Origin: Lachnospiraceae bacterium
GTDB taxonomy: Bacteria; Bacillota; Clostridia; Lachnospirales; Lachnospiraceae
Length of the DNA stretch: 64,000 bases
Direction of reading: 5' to 3'
Assembly (NCBI GenBank): GCA_017480195.1
Contig: JAFVBE010000011.1
Span: 5,580 to 69,579, forward strand
Shown here piece by piece: positions 47,021 to 55,498 of the stretch. The notes beneath the pieces were generated by a model that had not been told where the DNA came from, did not search any database, and saw nothing but the letters and a program-made list of their open reading frames with translations. Within the stretch, counting starts at the first letter, position 1, and every line of letters begins with the position of its first letter. Made by a program: the position numbers and the translations under genes.

Positions 47021-47671
47021 TTATTTTTTTATACTTATGGACACTCCGTCTCCGACTGATAAAATAGAGCTTTCTACTCTGTCATCATGCATTATAAGAT
47101 ACAGGTACTCTCTTATCCTGTCATGTATGGTTCTGTTCCTTTTTTCTACGGTAAAATGTGATTCCAATACCTCACCATCCTGTAAGATATTATCAGAAAT
47201 AATTACTGCATCTTTCTTAGCAAGCCTTAGAACCTCCTCATAGTAATTTATATATTGTCCCTTAGCCGCATCAACAAATATTAAATCATACGAAGCATCC
47301 GGAAGTTCCTTAAGCGCTTCGGAAGCATCTGCATTTATCACATATATATTCTGTGACCTTCCAAGTCTTTCTATGTTAGCCATAGCAGTATGTGCTCTTT
47401 CCTTATCCAACTCAATAGTAGTAATATGTGTGCTTTCACCCATAATTTTACTCATAAAAAGAGCCGAATATCCGACTGCTGTCCCAATCTCAAGTATACT
47501 ATCCGGCTTTTTCATCATAAGTATTGTCTTGATTAATTCCTTCGTGGTTCTACGAATAACAGGCACTCCGTCCAAGCGTGCCTGTCTGTATATTTCTTCT
47601 AAATTATCTTCATCCTCCGGTATATAGGAATTAATAAATGACTCTATCCTCCCGTATTCCATGCGATTCAA
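47021..47671 (-). CDS. O-methyltransferase (YrrM/TrmR-like)
   Basis: LEIGTAVGYS, FVDAAKGQY, SDNIL; synteny with U32. Confidence 0.9.
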   Translation of the reverse strand: MNRMEYGRIESFINSYIPEDEDNLEEIYRQARLDGVPVIRRTTKELIKTILMMKKPDSILEIGTAVGYSALFMSKIMGESTHITTIELDKERAHTAMANIERLGRSQNIYVINADASEALKELPDASYDLIFVDAAKGQYINYYEEVLRLAKKDAVIISDNILQDGEVLESHFTVEKRNRTIHDRIREYLYLIMHDDRVESSILSVGDGVSISIKK

Positions 47672-47674
47672 GAT

Positions 47675-48241
47675 TTAATCCTCCTCTTCTTCCTCTATAC
47701 CGCATATAAGATTAATTATCTCATTATATGTCATAGACGATGAAAGTCCATACTTTCCAGCTTTTATCGAGCCACCTAATTTCTTAATTCTTACCTTTGC
47801 AAAGAACACATATTTATCTTCTATTATCCCACTGTCCTCAAGTGCTTTTCCAATCTGAAGGGTAGAGGAATCTGCCGGAATTTCTATAACCACATATTCT
47901 CTGCCGGAATAATCCTTCGCCACATCTCCGAATACACTGTAAGCAAAATTAAAGGAGTATGAAAAAAGCCTTATAATTACAAATACTATAATAATATTTA
48001 TAAGAAGACTGAACATAAAACCGGATGTATGCTTAAAGCCCTTTCTTACCATCTCATCTAATTGAGCCTTCTTCTTCACACTTTTTTTGCCTGAATTTTT
48101 GTTAGTATTCGTATTTTTATTAGAGTTTTTATTCACAGCTTTGTTAGTGTCATCTGTTTTTTTATTCGAACCGGTATTTGCAGCTTTAGCTGTATTCTTA
48201 TTTGTATTGCCGGCTGTTTTTTGTTTTCTTTCATCACTCAT
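47675..48241 (-). CDS. Short MltG/YceG-like membrane protein (N-terminal domain only)
   Basis: K/N-rich N-terminus, TM, IGKALEDSGII, IKAGKYGLSSSMTYNEII; no catalytic domain; mltG position. Confidence 0.75.
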   Translation of the reverse strand: MSDERKQKTAGNTNKNTAKAANTGSNKKTDDTNKAVNKNSNKNTNTNKNSGKKSVKKKAQLDEMVRKGFKHTSGFMFSLLINIIIVFVIIRLFSYSFNFAYSVFGDVAKDYSGREYVVIEIPADSSTLQIGKALEDSGIIEDKYVFFAKVRIKKLGGSIKAGKYGLSSSMTYNEIINLICGIEEEEED

Positions 48242-48569
48242 CTAAATACTCCAGCTCCAATCCGTCAGAAATTGATATATAAATCTGTTGCATAAGCCTG
48301 CATATCTTCTGTTCCGCTCTTAAATAATCATTAACCTTGGTGTTATTGAGCAGGCTGTCATTGTCCTTGACCAGCGAATTAATAGCGTCATACACTTCAT
48401 TTGACTGTATATTCTGTAATTCACGATTTCTTACCTTGAATTCCTTCAATCTTCTCGCCAATTCTTCATCTGCATAAAGCACTCTTTTTGCATCAATATA
48501 TCTTTTATATTCCTCAGATTGCTTTATCATTTCATTTATTCTCTTGCTCTGATTAATAGCTTCCTTCAT
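48234..48569 (-). CDS. YlbF/YmcA family regulator
   Basis: IKQSEEYKRY, VNDYLRAE..CRLMQ. Confidence 0.8.
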   Translation of the reverse strand: MKEAINQSKRINEMIKQSEEYKRYIDAKRVLYADEELARRLKEFKVRNRELQNIQSNEVYDAINSLVKDNDSLLNNTKVNDYLRAEQKICRLMQQIYISISDGLELEYLDE

Positions 48570-48572
48570 AGG

Positions 48573-50234
48573 CTATACCTCTGTAATTATCGGTAATATC
48601 ATAGGGCTTCGCTTGGTGCGTTTCCATAAGAATTCACTTAACGAATCCTTAATGCTTGTCTTAATCTTATTCCAATCTGATATTCCCTTATTAAGACACT
48701 GGTCAAGCGCCTCTTGAACCACCTCACGACAGTCATCCATAAGAGTCTCAGATTCTCTTACATATACAAATCCTCTTGACACTATATCAGGTCCTGCTAA
48801 TAGCTGATTAGTCTCTCTCTCTAAAGTTACCACAATAATGAGAAGACCATTCTGTGACAGATGTTGTCTGTCTCTTAATACGATATTTCCAACATCGCCT
48901 ACGCCAAGTCCATCTACCAGTATTCCCTGTGCGGGTACTCTGCCTAACACCTCAAATGTATCCTCGGAGAGAGCAAGCACATCACCGGTGGTAAGCACCT
49001 TGACATTCTCTTTAGGTACTCCCATCTCTATAGCAAGCTCTGAATGTCTCTTAAGATGTCTGTACTCGCCATGTACAGGTATCGCATATTTGGGCTTTGT
49101 GAGTGCATACATAAGCTTAAGTTCTTCCTGACAGGCATGTCCCGATACATGTGTATCCTGAAATATAACATGCGCCCCCTTCATCTCAAGCTCATTAATA
49201 ACTTTAAATACAGCTTTTTCATTGCCCGGTATCGGACTTGATGAAAATATTACAACATCCCCCGGCTGAATGGTTACTTTATTGTGTATAGATGCTGCTA
49301 TCCTTGAAAGCGCAGCCATATTCTCTCCCTGACTTCCGGTTGTTATAAGCACTATCTTCTCATCCGGATAATCCTTTATTCTCTCTATCTCAATCAGTGT
49401 ATTGTCAGGTATATTAATATATCCAAGCTCCGAAGCCGTCTGAATTATATTAACCATGCTTCGTCCTTCGACTATAACCTTCCTGCCGTATTTATACGCA
49501 GAATTAATAATCTGCTGTACCCTGTCCACATTCGAAGCAAATGTCGCTATAATTATCCTGTGATTCTTATTATCATCGAATAAGTTGTCAAAGGTTTTAC
49601 CGACAGTCTTCTCAGATGGAGTATAGCCCGGTCTTTCAACATTGGTAGAATCTGCCATCAGTGCAAGTACACCCTTCTTACCAAGCTCGCCAAATCTTGG
49701 CAGGTCAATCGTCTCGCCGAATACAGGTGTATAATCCACTTTGAAATCTCCTGTATGAACTATAATTCCTGCAGGTGTATATATTGCAAGCGCTGCAGCG
49801 TCTGCTATGGAATGGTTTGTCCTTATAAATTCTATTCTAAAGCAGCCCAGATTAATAATCTGTCCGTAGGTTACCACCTTTCTTCTTATGTTGTTTATAT
49901 TATTATGTTCTTCAAGCTTATGTTCAATAAGTGCCATAGTAAGCTTTGTCGCATATATAGGCATATTAATCTCATTTTCCACATAGGGAATCGCACCGAT
50001 ATGATCCTCATGTCCATGTGTCACCACAAGCCCCTTGACCTTATCAGCGTTCTCCTTTAAATAAGTCACATCAGGTATGACAAGGTCTATACCAAGCATC
50101 TCATCTTCAGGAAAGGAAAGCCCACAGTCGATAACTATGATACTGTCCTCATACTCTATTGCAGTGATATTCATTCCTATCTGTTCCAGTCCGCCCAAAG
50201 GAATAATCTTCACCGGCTTATTGTCATCAAGCAT
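48573..50234 (-). CDS. rnj: Ribonuclease J
   Basis: PLGGLEQIGMN, THGHEDHIG, HTGDFK, HVSGHA, PVHGEYRH. Confidence 0.97.
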   Translation of the reverse strand: MLDDNKPVKIIPLGGLEQIGMNITAIEYEDSIIVIDCGLSFPEDEMLGIDLVIPDVTYLKENADKVKGLVVTHGHEDHIGAIPYVENEINMPIYATKLTMALIEHKLEEHNNINNIRRKVVTYGQIINLGCFRIEFIRTNHSIADAAALAIYTPAGIIVHTGDFKVDYTPVFGETIDLPRFGELGKKGVLALMADSTNVERPGYTPSEKTVGKTFDNLFDDNKNHRIIIATFASNVDRVQQIINSAYKYGRKVIVEGRSMVNIIQTASELGYINIPDNTLIEIERIKDYPDEKIVLITTGSQGENMAALSRIAASIHNKVTIQPGDVVIFSSSPIPGNEKAVFKVINELEMKGAHVIFQDTHVSGHACQEELKLMYALTKPKYAIPVHGEYRHLKRHSELAIEMGVPKENVKVLTTGDVLALSEDTFEVLGRVPAQGILVDGLGVGDVGNIVLRDRQHLSQNGLLIIVVTLERETNQLLAGPDIVSRGFVYVRESETLMDDCREVVQEALDQCLNKGISDWNKIKTSIKDSLSEFLWKRTKRSPMILPIITEV

Positions 50235-50239
50235 CTAAA

Positions 50240-50524
50240 TTATACCTCCAAATCAACATCCTCAAGCAATTCATCAAATACCTTTATTATTGCTTTTAAT
50301 TCTTCTTCATCTTCAATTACTCCGTAGGTGGTGATTTCCTCTTTACTGTCAGGATTCTCCATCATAACCTCCTTAAGTATAAGAAAGCTTCCCTCTTCAG
50401 CAGTAAGGTCGTCTGTCACCAGTATATAATTCGTACCTGAGACCATCGTCTGCTCAAGCACATAAAATTCTACATCTCCTTCTTCTGTCGAAAACACAAT
50501 CTTTTCATTCTTTTCCATCATCAT
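50240..50524 (-). CDS. DUF1292 (YrzB-like) protein
   Basis: Acidic, FYVLEQT..GTNYILV; follows ruvX. Confidence 0.82.
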   Translation of the reverse strand: MMMEKNEKIVFSTEEGDVEFYVLEQTMVSGTNYILVTDDLTAEEGSFLILKEVMMENPDSKEEITTYGVIEDEEELKAIIKVFDELLEDVDLEV

Positions 50525-50560
50525 AATCTCCTATGCATTATGTCTTTTGTATACTATTGC

Positions 50561-50992
50561 TTATATAAGCTTGTTCTTCTCCCTGTCAAGATACGCCTGC
50601 AGGATAATAGCTGCAGCCATCTTATCAATATGTTCCTTACGAACGCTCTTAGCAACACCTGTAGCCTCAAGTATCCTGTCCGCCTCAATGGTAGTAAGTC
50701 TTTCATCAAAAAGCTCTACATCAAGTCCTGTCCTTCTCTCAAGATTCTCCTTGAAAAGCTTTGTCGCTTCTGCCCTTTCCCCTTCAGTATTGTTCATATT
50801 CTTCGGAAATCCAAGTACAATCCTTCCGCAGTTATATTCTGATATAATGCGCTCTATCTGCGCATAGGTCTGCCTCAGCTTATCTGCGTGTTTTCTCTCA
50901 ATGGTAACAAGCGGCTGTGCTATAATCATTGCTTCATCGCTTATGGCAACTCCGACAGTCTTTGTCCCATAATCCAAACCTATTATTCTCAA
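50561..50992 (-). CDS. ruvX: YqgF/RuvX family nuclease
   Basis: IIGLDYGTKTVGVAISD, DERLTT, IDKMAAAIILQ. Confidence 0.95.
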   Translation of the reverse strand: MRIIGLDYGTKTVGVAISDEAMIIAQPLVTIERKHADKLRQTYAQIERIISEYNCGRIVLGFPKNMNNTEGERAEATKLFKENLERRTGLDVELFDERLTTIEADRILEATGVAKSVRKEHIDKMAAAIILQAYLDREKNKLI

Positions 50993-51021
50993 ATAAATCT
51001 CCGTTCCGATACCATATAAGA

Positions 51022-51279
51022 CTATTTCAGTCGCGTATCAATGTAATTTTCAAGAAGTACCTCAATTATCTCATCACGTTCTGCTTTCATAATAAGGCTC
51101 CGTGCATTTTTATATCCTGTAATGTATGTAGGGTCACCACTCATTACATAGCCCACTATCTGACTTACAGGATTATAGCCTCTCTCAGACAGCGCATCAT
51201 AAACGCGTGCAAGTATCTCAGGTACCTCCATCACATTCTCTCTAACGATATCTATGTCTTGTGTATTTTGATTGTTCAT
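51022..51279 (-). CDS. ireB: IreB/ReoM family regulatory phosphoprotein
   Basis: ALSERGYNPVSQIVGYVMSGDPTYIT; NTQ near the N-terminus. Confidence 0.92.
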   Translation of the reverse strand: MNNQNTQDIDIVRENVMEVPEILARVYDALSERGYNPVSQIVGYVMSGDPTYITGYKNARSLIMKAERDEIIEVLLENYIDTRLK

Positions 51280-51387
51280 TTTATCACGTCCTTTATATAT
51301 GTTCACTCAGATATTTCTATTTTAATATATTTAATTTAAAATAGCAACTCTTTATTAATCAACTGAGTACTATATTTGTCTAAAGCA

Positions 51388-52542
51388 TTATTCTATCAAG
51401 AAATTTAAGTCAAACAACTGACCGGAATATCGCTCCACATATTCTACGATTACTCTGTCAGGACATATTTCATCTAAAATTTTAGATGAATAATCCAACT
51501 TATAGACAACATAAACATCCGTATACATCATTCTAAGCGCCGGAATCATCGCAGTTCTAAATGAATCACCAATAAGCAAAACTTTTAGATCATTTTCTGC
51601 ATTGGAATTATGGAAATATGAAACAATATCTTCACCATACAATGCCTGTTCTGTCGGAACCGTCTCCTTAATCTCATATTCCATTTCATTTATTAAATAG
51701 TCTTTCAACCCAATCATCTCAGCCAAATCATCACTTGCAAAAGGATAATCAACTTCACTAAGTTTTTTGCTACTTATAGAGCAAGCATCCAAATTAGGCA
51801 TATTTTCTCCCCAAAAAGAAGCTATTGCCCTAACTCCTATATATGCTCCAAGCTGATTCCAATGTGTATCATAATAATAATATAATTGAAAATCATTATG
51901 ATAGTGTAATAATTCCTGCTTTGGATTAACAATATTTATATCATTATCGTATAAATAATCTATCAAAATATCAGTACGCGAAATATCAGCATGAATATAT
52001 TTATCAGGCATATACTCATAATATATATTTTCCTTGTTCGGCGCAACCAATATTACAAATTCAATACCCATGCTTTCAAACTTATCCTGTACAAATGACA
52101 AGTTTTCCAATATACTATCCATATAATCATTACTATATAAATTAGTACCCTCATAATCGGCTATAGAATCACCATCTGATTTGCTCTTATAAAACAACCA
52201 TCCATTGTTTCCCATTAGAACATTATTTGATATTACCTCATCAATCGTCATATATGTTATAGTTGAATCTGTCTTACTAAGACTATCCTTGCCATACATA
52301 CTATTATACCATCTGTAATCAAACTGTTTGATTTTATCATCAAAAGACTTGGCATACATATATATTTTATTTTTTTCAATTGAGTCATCAGATTTTTCTT
52401 CTGATTCAGTATCATCATAACTTACATATGCCAGATTCCCGAAAAGCATTTCTTTTGCAAAATTAATCCAACACATCGAGGAATATGTCAATATTGCAAT
52501 AGAAAGCAATATTATATGAATATACATTTGTCCTTTTTTCAT
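51388..52542 (-). CDS. AlgJ/AlgX-like (SGNH, permuted) O-acyltransferase
   Basis: N-terminal TM, GNNGWLFY, APNKE, DTHWN preceding IGDSF, VERY. Confidence 0.82.
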   Translation of the reverse strand: MKKGQMYIHIILLSIAILTYSSMCWINFAKEMLFGNLAYVSYDDTESEEKSDDSIEKNKIYMYAKSFDDKIKQFDYRWYNSMYGKDSLSKTDSTITYMTIDEVISNNVLMGNNGWLFYKSKSDGDSIADYEGTNLYSNDYMDSILENLSFVQDKFESMGIEFVILVAPNKENIYYEYMPDKYIHADISRTDILIDYLYDNDINIVNPKQELLHYHNDFQLYYYYDTHWNQLGAYIGVRAIASFWGENMPNLDACSISSKKLSEVDYPFASDDLAEMIGLKDYLINEMEYEIKETVPTEQALYGEDIVSYFHNSNAENDLKVLLIGDSFRTAMIPALRMMYTDVYVVYKLDYSSKILDEICPDRVIVEYVERYSGQLFDLNFLIE

Positions 52543-52552
52543 AAAATCCCTC

Positions 52553-53920
52553 CTAAAAACCCCCGTAAATATATGGTGCATAAGATGCATTAATCACAGC
52601 ACAAATTGCAAGTACAACAATTATAAACCATATTATATTTTTAATAATTTTTAATACTGTTTTTTCTTTATATTTAATCAAAATTCTACTCCATGGCAGA
52701 CATAATAAAATAGATATAACCAAATACGGAATATAATTGAGCGCCTTTTTTTCTATACCGATATTAAAACCAAACATACCTTTTATATATATTATTGCCG
52801 TTTTCATATTTGACGATCTGAACAATACCCAAAGAATATTAATGAAAAACAAAGCATATATATGTCCATACCAATGCGAGTCAATATTTTTTAAAATAGG
52901 GCAATATTTTTCCAGTAGTAATATTACAAAATATCCCAGCCCCCATATAACAAATGTCCAATTCGAACCGTGCCAAACACCTGTCATAATCCACACAATT
53001 AACAAATTCCTTATATGCTTAGCTGTAGAAACCCTATTGCCCCCAAGAGGTATATAAACATAATCTCTGAACCACCGGCTCAATGAAATATGCCATCTAC
53101 GCCAAAATTCACTTATACTTCCCGCAATATATGGTGCATTAAAATTTTCAGGTAAATCAAATCCAAGCAACCTTCCGATACCTATTGCCATATCAGAATA
53201 TCCTGAAAAATCATAATATAATTGCAGAGTATATGCAAAAGAACCCAGCCATAACCCTAATGTCGAGTAAGAAATCCCTCCCGAAACGCCATCAAAATAA
53301 TAATCAACAAGTCCCCCTAATTTATCTGCTATCAATACTTTCTTGCATAAACCATAGGAAACCCTTTGTATTCCATAATTATATGATTCCAAACTTATAT
53401 TGTTTTTCAAACCTTTTTCGAAACAGTCAAATCTTATGATAGGTCCTGATGTTATAGTAGCAAAAAAAGTCAGATATAAATATACATCATATAAATATAT
53501 AATACTTATTTTATCACTATACACATCACTAATTAATGATATTGCCTGAAATGTAAAAAAGGAAATACCGACAGGTACTATGAATGCAGGAGTTTCAAAA
53601 TCAAATCCGGTTATCTTATTGATGTTATCGACTATAAAATAAGTATATTTTATCGTTAATAACGGAAGTAACACCACTATAACTTCAAAAATAAATAGAA
53701 CTTTACTTTTATAATTAAGGTTTATTTTACAAAAAAAATATGTAATCAGGCAAATGATTGATGTGATAATAAATGCTCCGATACCGCTCCATATATAGAA
53801 CAAAATATTTATAAAAAATAATAATGTCTTTCTTGATTCATAATTTTTCCTTGATAAATAAAAAATAATAATAAACCAAGGAAATATCCCGATTAAAAAT
53901 ACAGTAGATGTAAAAGTCAT
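52553..53920 (-). CDS. MBOAT family O-acyltransferase (AlgI/DltB/PatA-like)
   Basis: GISFFTFQ, GPIIR, DFSGYSDMAIG, FWRRWHISLS, GVWHG. Confidence 0.93.
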   Translation of the reverse strand: MTFTSTVFLIGIFPWFIIIFYLSRKNYESRKTLLFFINILFYIWSGIGAFIITSIICLITYFFCKINLNYKSKVLFIFEVIVVLLPLLTIKYTYFIVDNINKITGFDFETPAFIVPVGISFFTFQAISLISDVYSDKISIIYLYDVYLYLTFFATITSGPIIRFDCFEKGLKNNISLESYNYGIQRVSYGLCKKVLIADKLGGLVDYYFDGVSGGISYSTLGLWLGSFAYTLQLYYDFSGYSDMAIGIGRLLGFDLPENFNAPYIAGSISEFWRRWHISLSRWFRDYVYIPLGGNRVSTAKHIRNLLIVWIMTGVWHGSNWTFVIWGLGYFVILLLEKYCPILKNIDSHWYGHIYALFFINILWVLFRSSNMKTAIIYIKGMFGFNIGIEKKALNYIPYLVISILLCLPWSRILIKYKEKTVLKIIKNIIWFIIVVLAICAVINASYAPYIYGGF

Positions 53921-54003
53921 TTTATTTATAATTCTCCTTTTCATAATAAGCACAAAATATACTAAAAATCTGAAATTACATAGCTTGATTTACTGCAGTA
54001 ATT

Positions 54004-54032
54004 TTGATATTATTATAAGAGTTTTATATAAT
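54004..54032 (+). promoter_or_regulatory. sigma-A promoter of the GT87-like gene
   Basis: TTGATA-17 nt-TATAAT. Confidence 0.55.
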
Positions 54033-54073
54033 AAAATCAACAAGGCTTTAATATAAAGCAGATTGGAGATAAT

Positions 54074-55402
54074 ATGAAAAAACCTCAGACAAGAAAAATG
54101 AAAAATTCCGAGAAAAACAGGATGGTTTTCTGGTTTTTCTTTACAACGCTGACCCTGACACAGCTTGTTATGTATATATCAAATATCGGCTCCGAGGGTT
54201 ATGCAATGCATTCACTTATTTATAATTATTACAATGATTCATTTATGGATTTCTTTAATCCTTTTAATGTATCACGGTTTAATCATCCTTATGAGGCTGT
54301 AACCATAGGAGAATTCTCATTTTATTCTCCGCTTTATATACTTATATTCAGATTCCTTACCTATTTTTCGAAATCTGATATATATGATTTGGACAAATCC
54401 TATCTAACGCATTTTTCTGAGACAATGCTTATATTTATTATGTTTGCGGCAATCTCAACCACAGTCTTGGCTATAATTATATATAATAATAAAAAGGGTA
54501 ATGTACCGACTAAAATCTGGTTTTTATTCCTTATGATTTTTTCTGCACCTATGATTTATAATTATGAGCGTGGCAGCCTTGTTATATTGGCAGTAATATT
54601 CGTATTCCTATATATGCTTGGCTTTAATAATGAAAAGCCATATATAAGACACTTAAGCCTTCTGGCACTGGCACTGGCAGTCTGCATAAAGCCTTATGCA
54701 ATTATCTTTCTTATATTACTGCTTAGAGATAAAAAATTCAAAGAAGCCTTATTCGGATTACTTTATACTGTATTACTGTGGTTAATACCTTCTTTTTTTA
54801 TCGGAGGTCCTGTAGTAATAGTTGATGCTTTCAGTAAATTCCCTGAATATATAAAAAATATATGGGCAGGCGGTGCAGCCTATAGAACCGATATTTTCTC
54901 AGCTCTTGATATAGTTTCCATGTCACTTGGATATAACACTATGTCCAATCACAGCGTAATTAAATATATAATATGGGCAATACTTGTAATCGGTCTTATC
55001 GTATGCGCCTTTATCAGTAAATCTTTGTGGAAGAGAATTCTTGCACTCTCAATTATAGTTATTGCAGCACCTTTTGCAGAGCTTGAAACTTCATTGCTAT
55101 TCCTAATACCGCCTCTTATGCTGTGCCTTGACAGCGAGGATGAGAGGAAGGCTATGGATATGGTTCATATATTCCTGTTCATAGTTGTGTTTGCTCCTTT
55201 GGTTATTCATGACTGTATAATTAATTTTGAGAATAATATCGGTTATGAGATTTACCTACATTCGTATATCGTCTCTATAGCAATTATCCTCTTTATTCTT
55301 ATGCTTTTAATCGAGACTGTAACTATGCCGCTTGCAGGTATTGAGCTAAATGATCCAAAACCTGAGAAATCAGACAAGCCAAAGAAAGAGAAGAAGAAAT
55401 AG
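54074..55402 (+). CDS. Polytopic membrane protein, GT87/DUF2029-like GT-C glycosyltransferase
   Basis: FMDFFN, YSPLY, YERGS, LAVCIKPY; about 10-11 TMs. Confidence 0.65.
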   Translation: MKKPQTRKMKNSEKNRMVFWFFFTTLTLTQLVMYISNIGSEGYAMHSLIYNYYNDSFMDFFNPFNVSRFNHPYEAVTIGEFSFYSPLYILIFRFLTYFSKSDIYDLDKSYLTHFSETMLIFIMFAAISTTVLAIIIYNNKKGNVPTKIWFLFLMIFSAPMIYNYERGSLVILAVIFVFLYMLGFNNEKPYIRHLSLLALALAVCIKPYAIIFLILLLRDKKFKEALFGLLYTVLLWLIPSFFIGGPVVIVDAFSKFPEYIKNIWAGGAAYRTDIFSALDIVSMSLGYNTMSNHSVIKYIIWAILVIGLIVCAFISKSLWKRILALSIIVIAAPFAELETSLLFLIPPLMLCLDSEDERKAMDMVHIFLFIVVFAPLVIHDCIINFENNIGYEIYLHSYIVSIAIILFILMLLIETVTMPLAGIELNDPKPEKSDKPKKEKKK

Positions 55403-55412
55403 ACAGCAAAAC

Positions 55413-55488
55413 ACTCGCCCTTGGGGACGGGGGTTAGGGGCGAAAATGAACTCATTTTCGCCCCTAACCCCCGTCCCCAAGGGCGAGT
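55413..55488. repeat. Perfect 37-bp GC-rich inverted repeat (2-nt spacer); REP-like, possible bidirectional terminator
   Basis: actcgcccttggggacgggggttaggggcgaaaatga-ac-exact reverse complement, between convergent genes. Confidence 0.85.
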
Positions 55489-55498
55489 ACTTTTATTA

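Noticed and set aside
55423-55440. G-quadruplex in the palindrome arm
   Set aside because: Only three closely spaced G-runs, and the perfect hairpin would outcompete it
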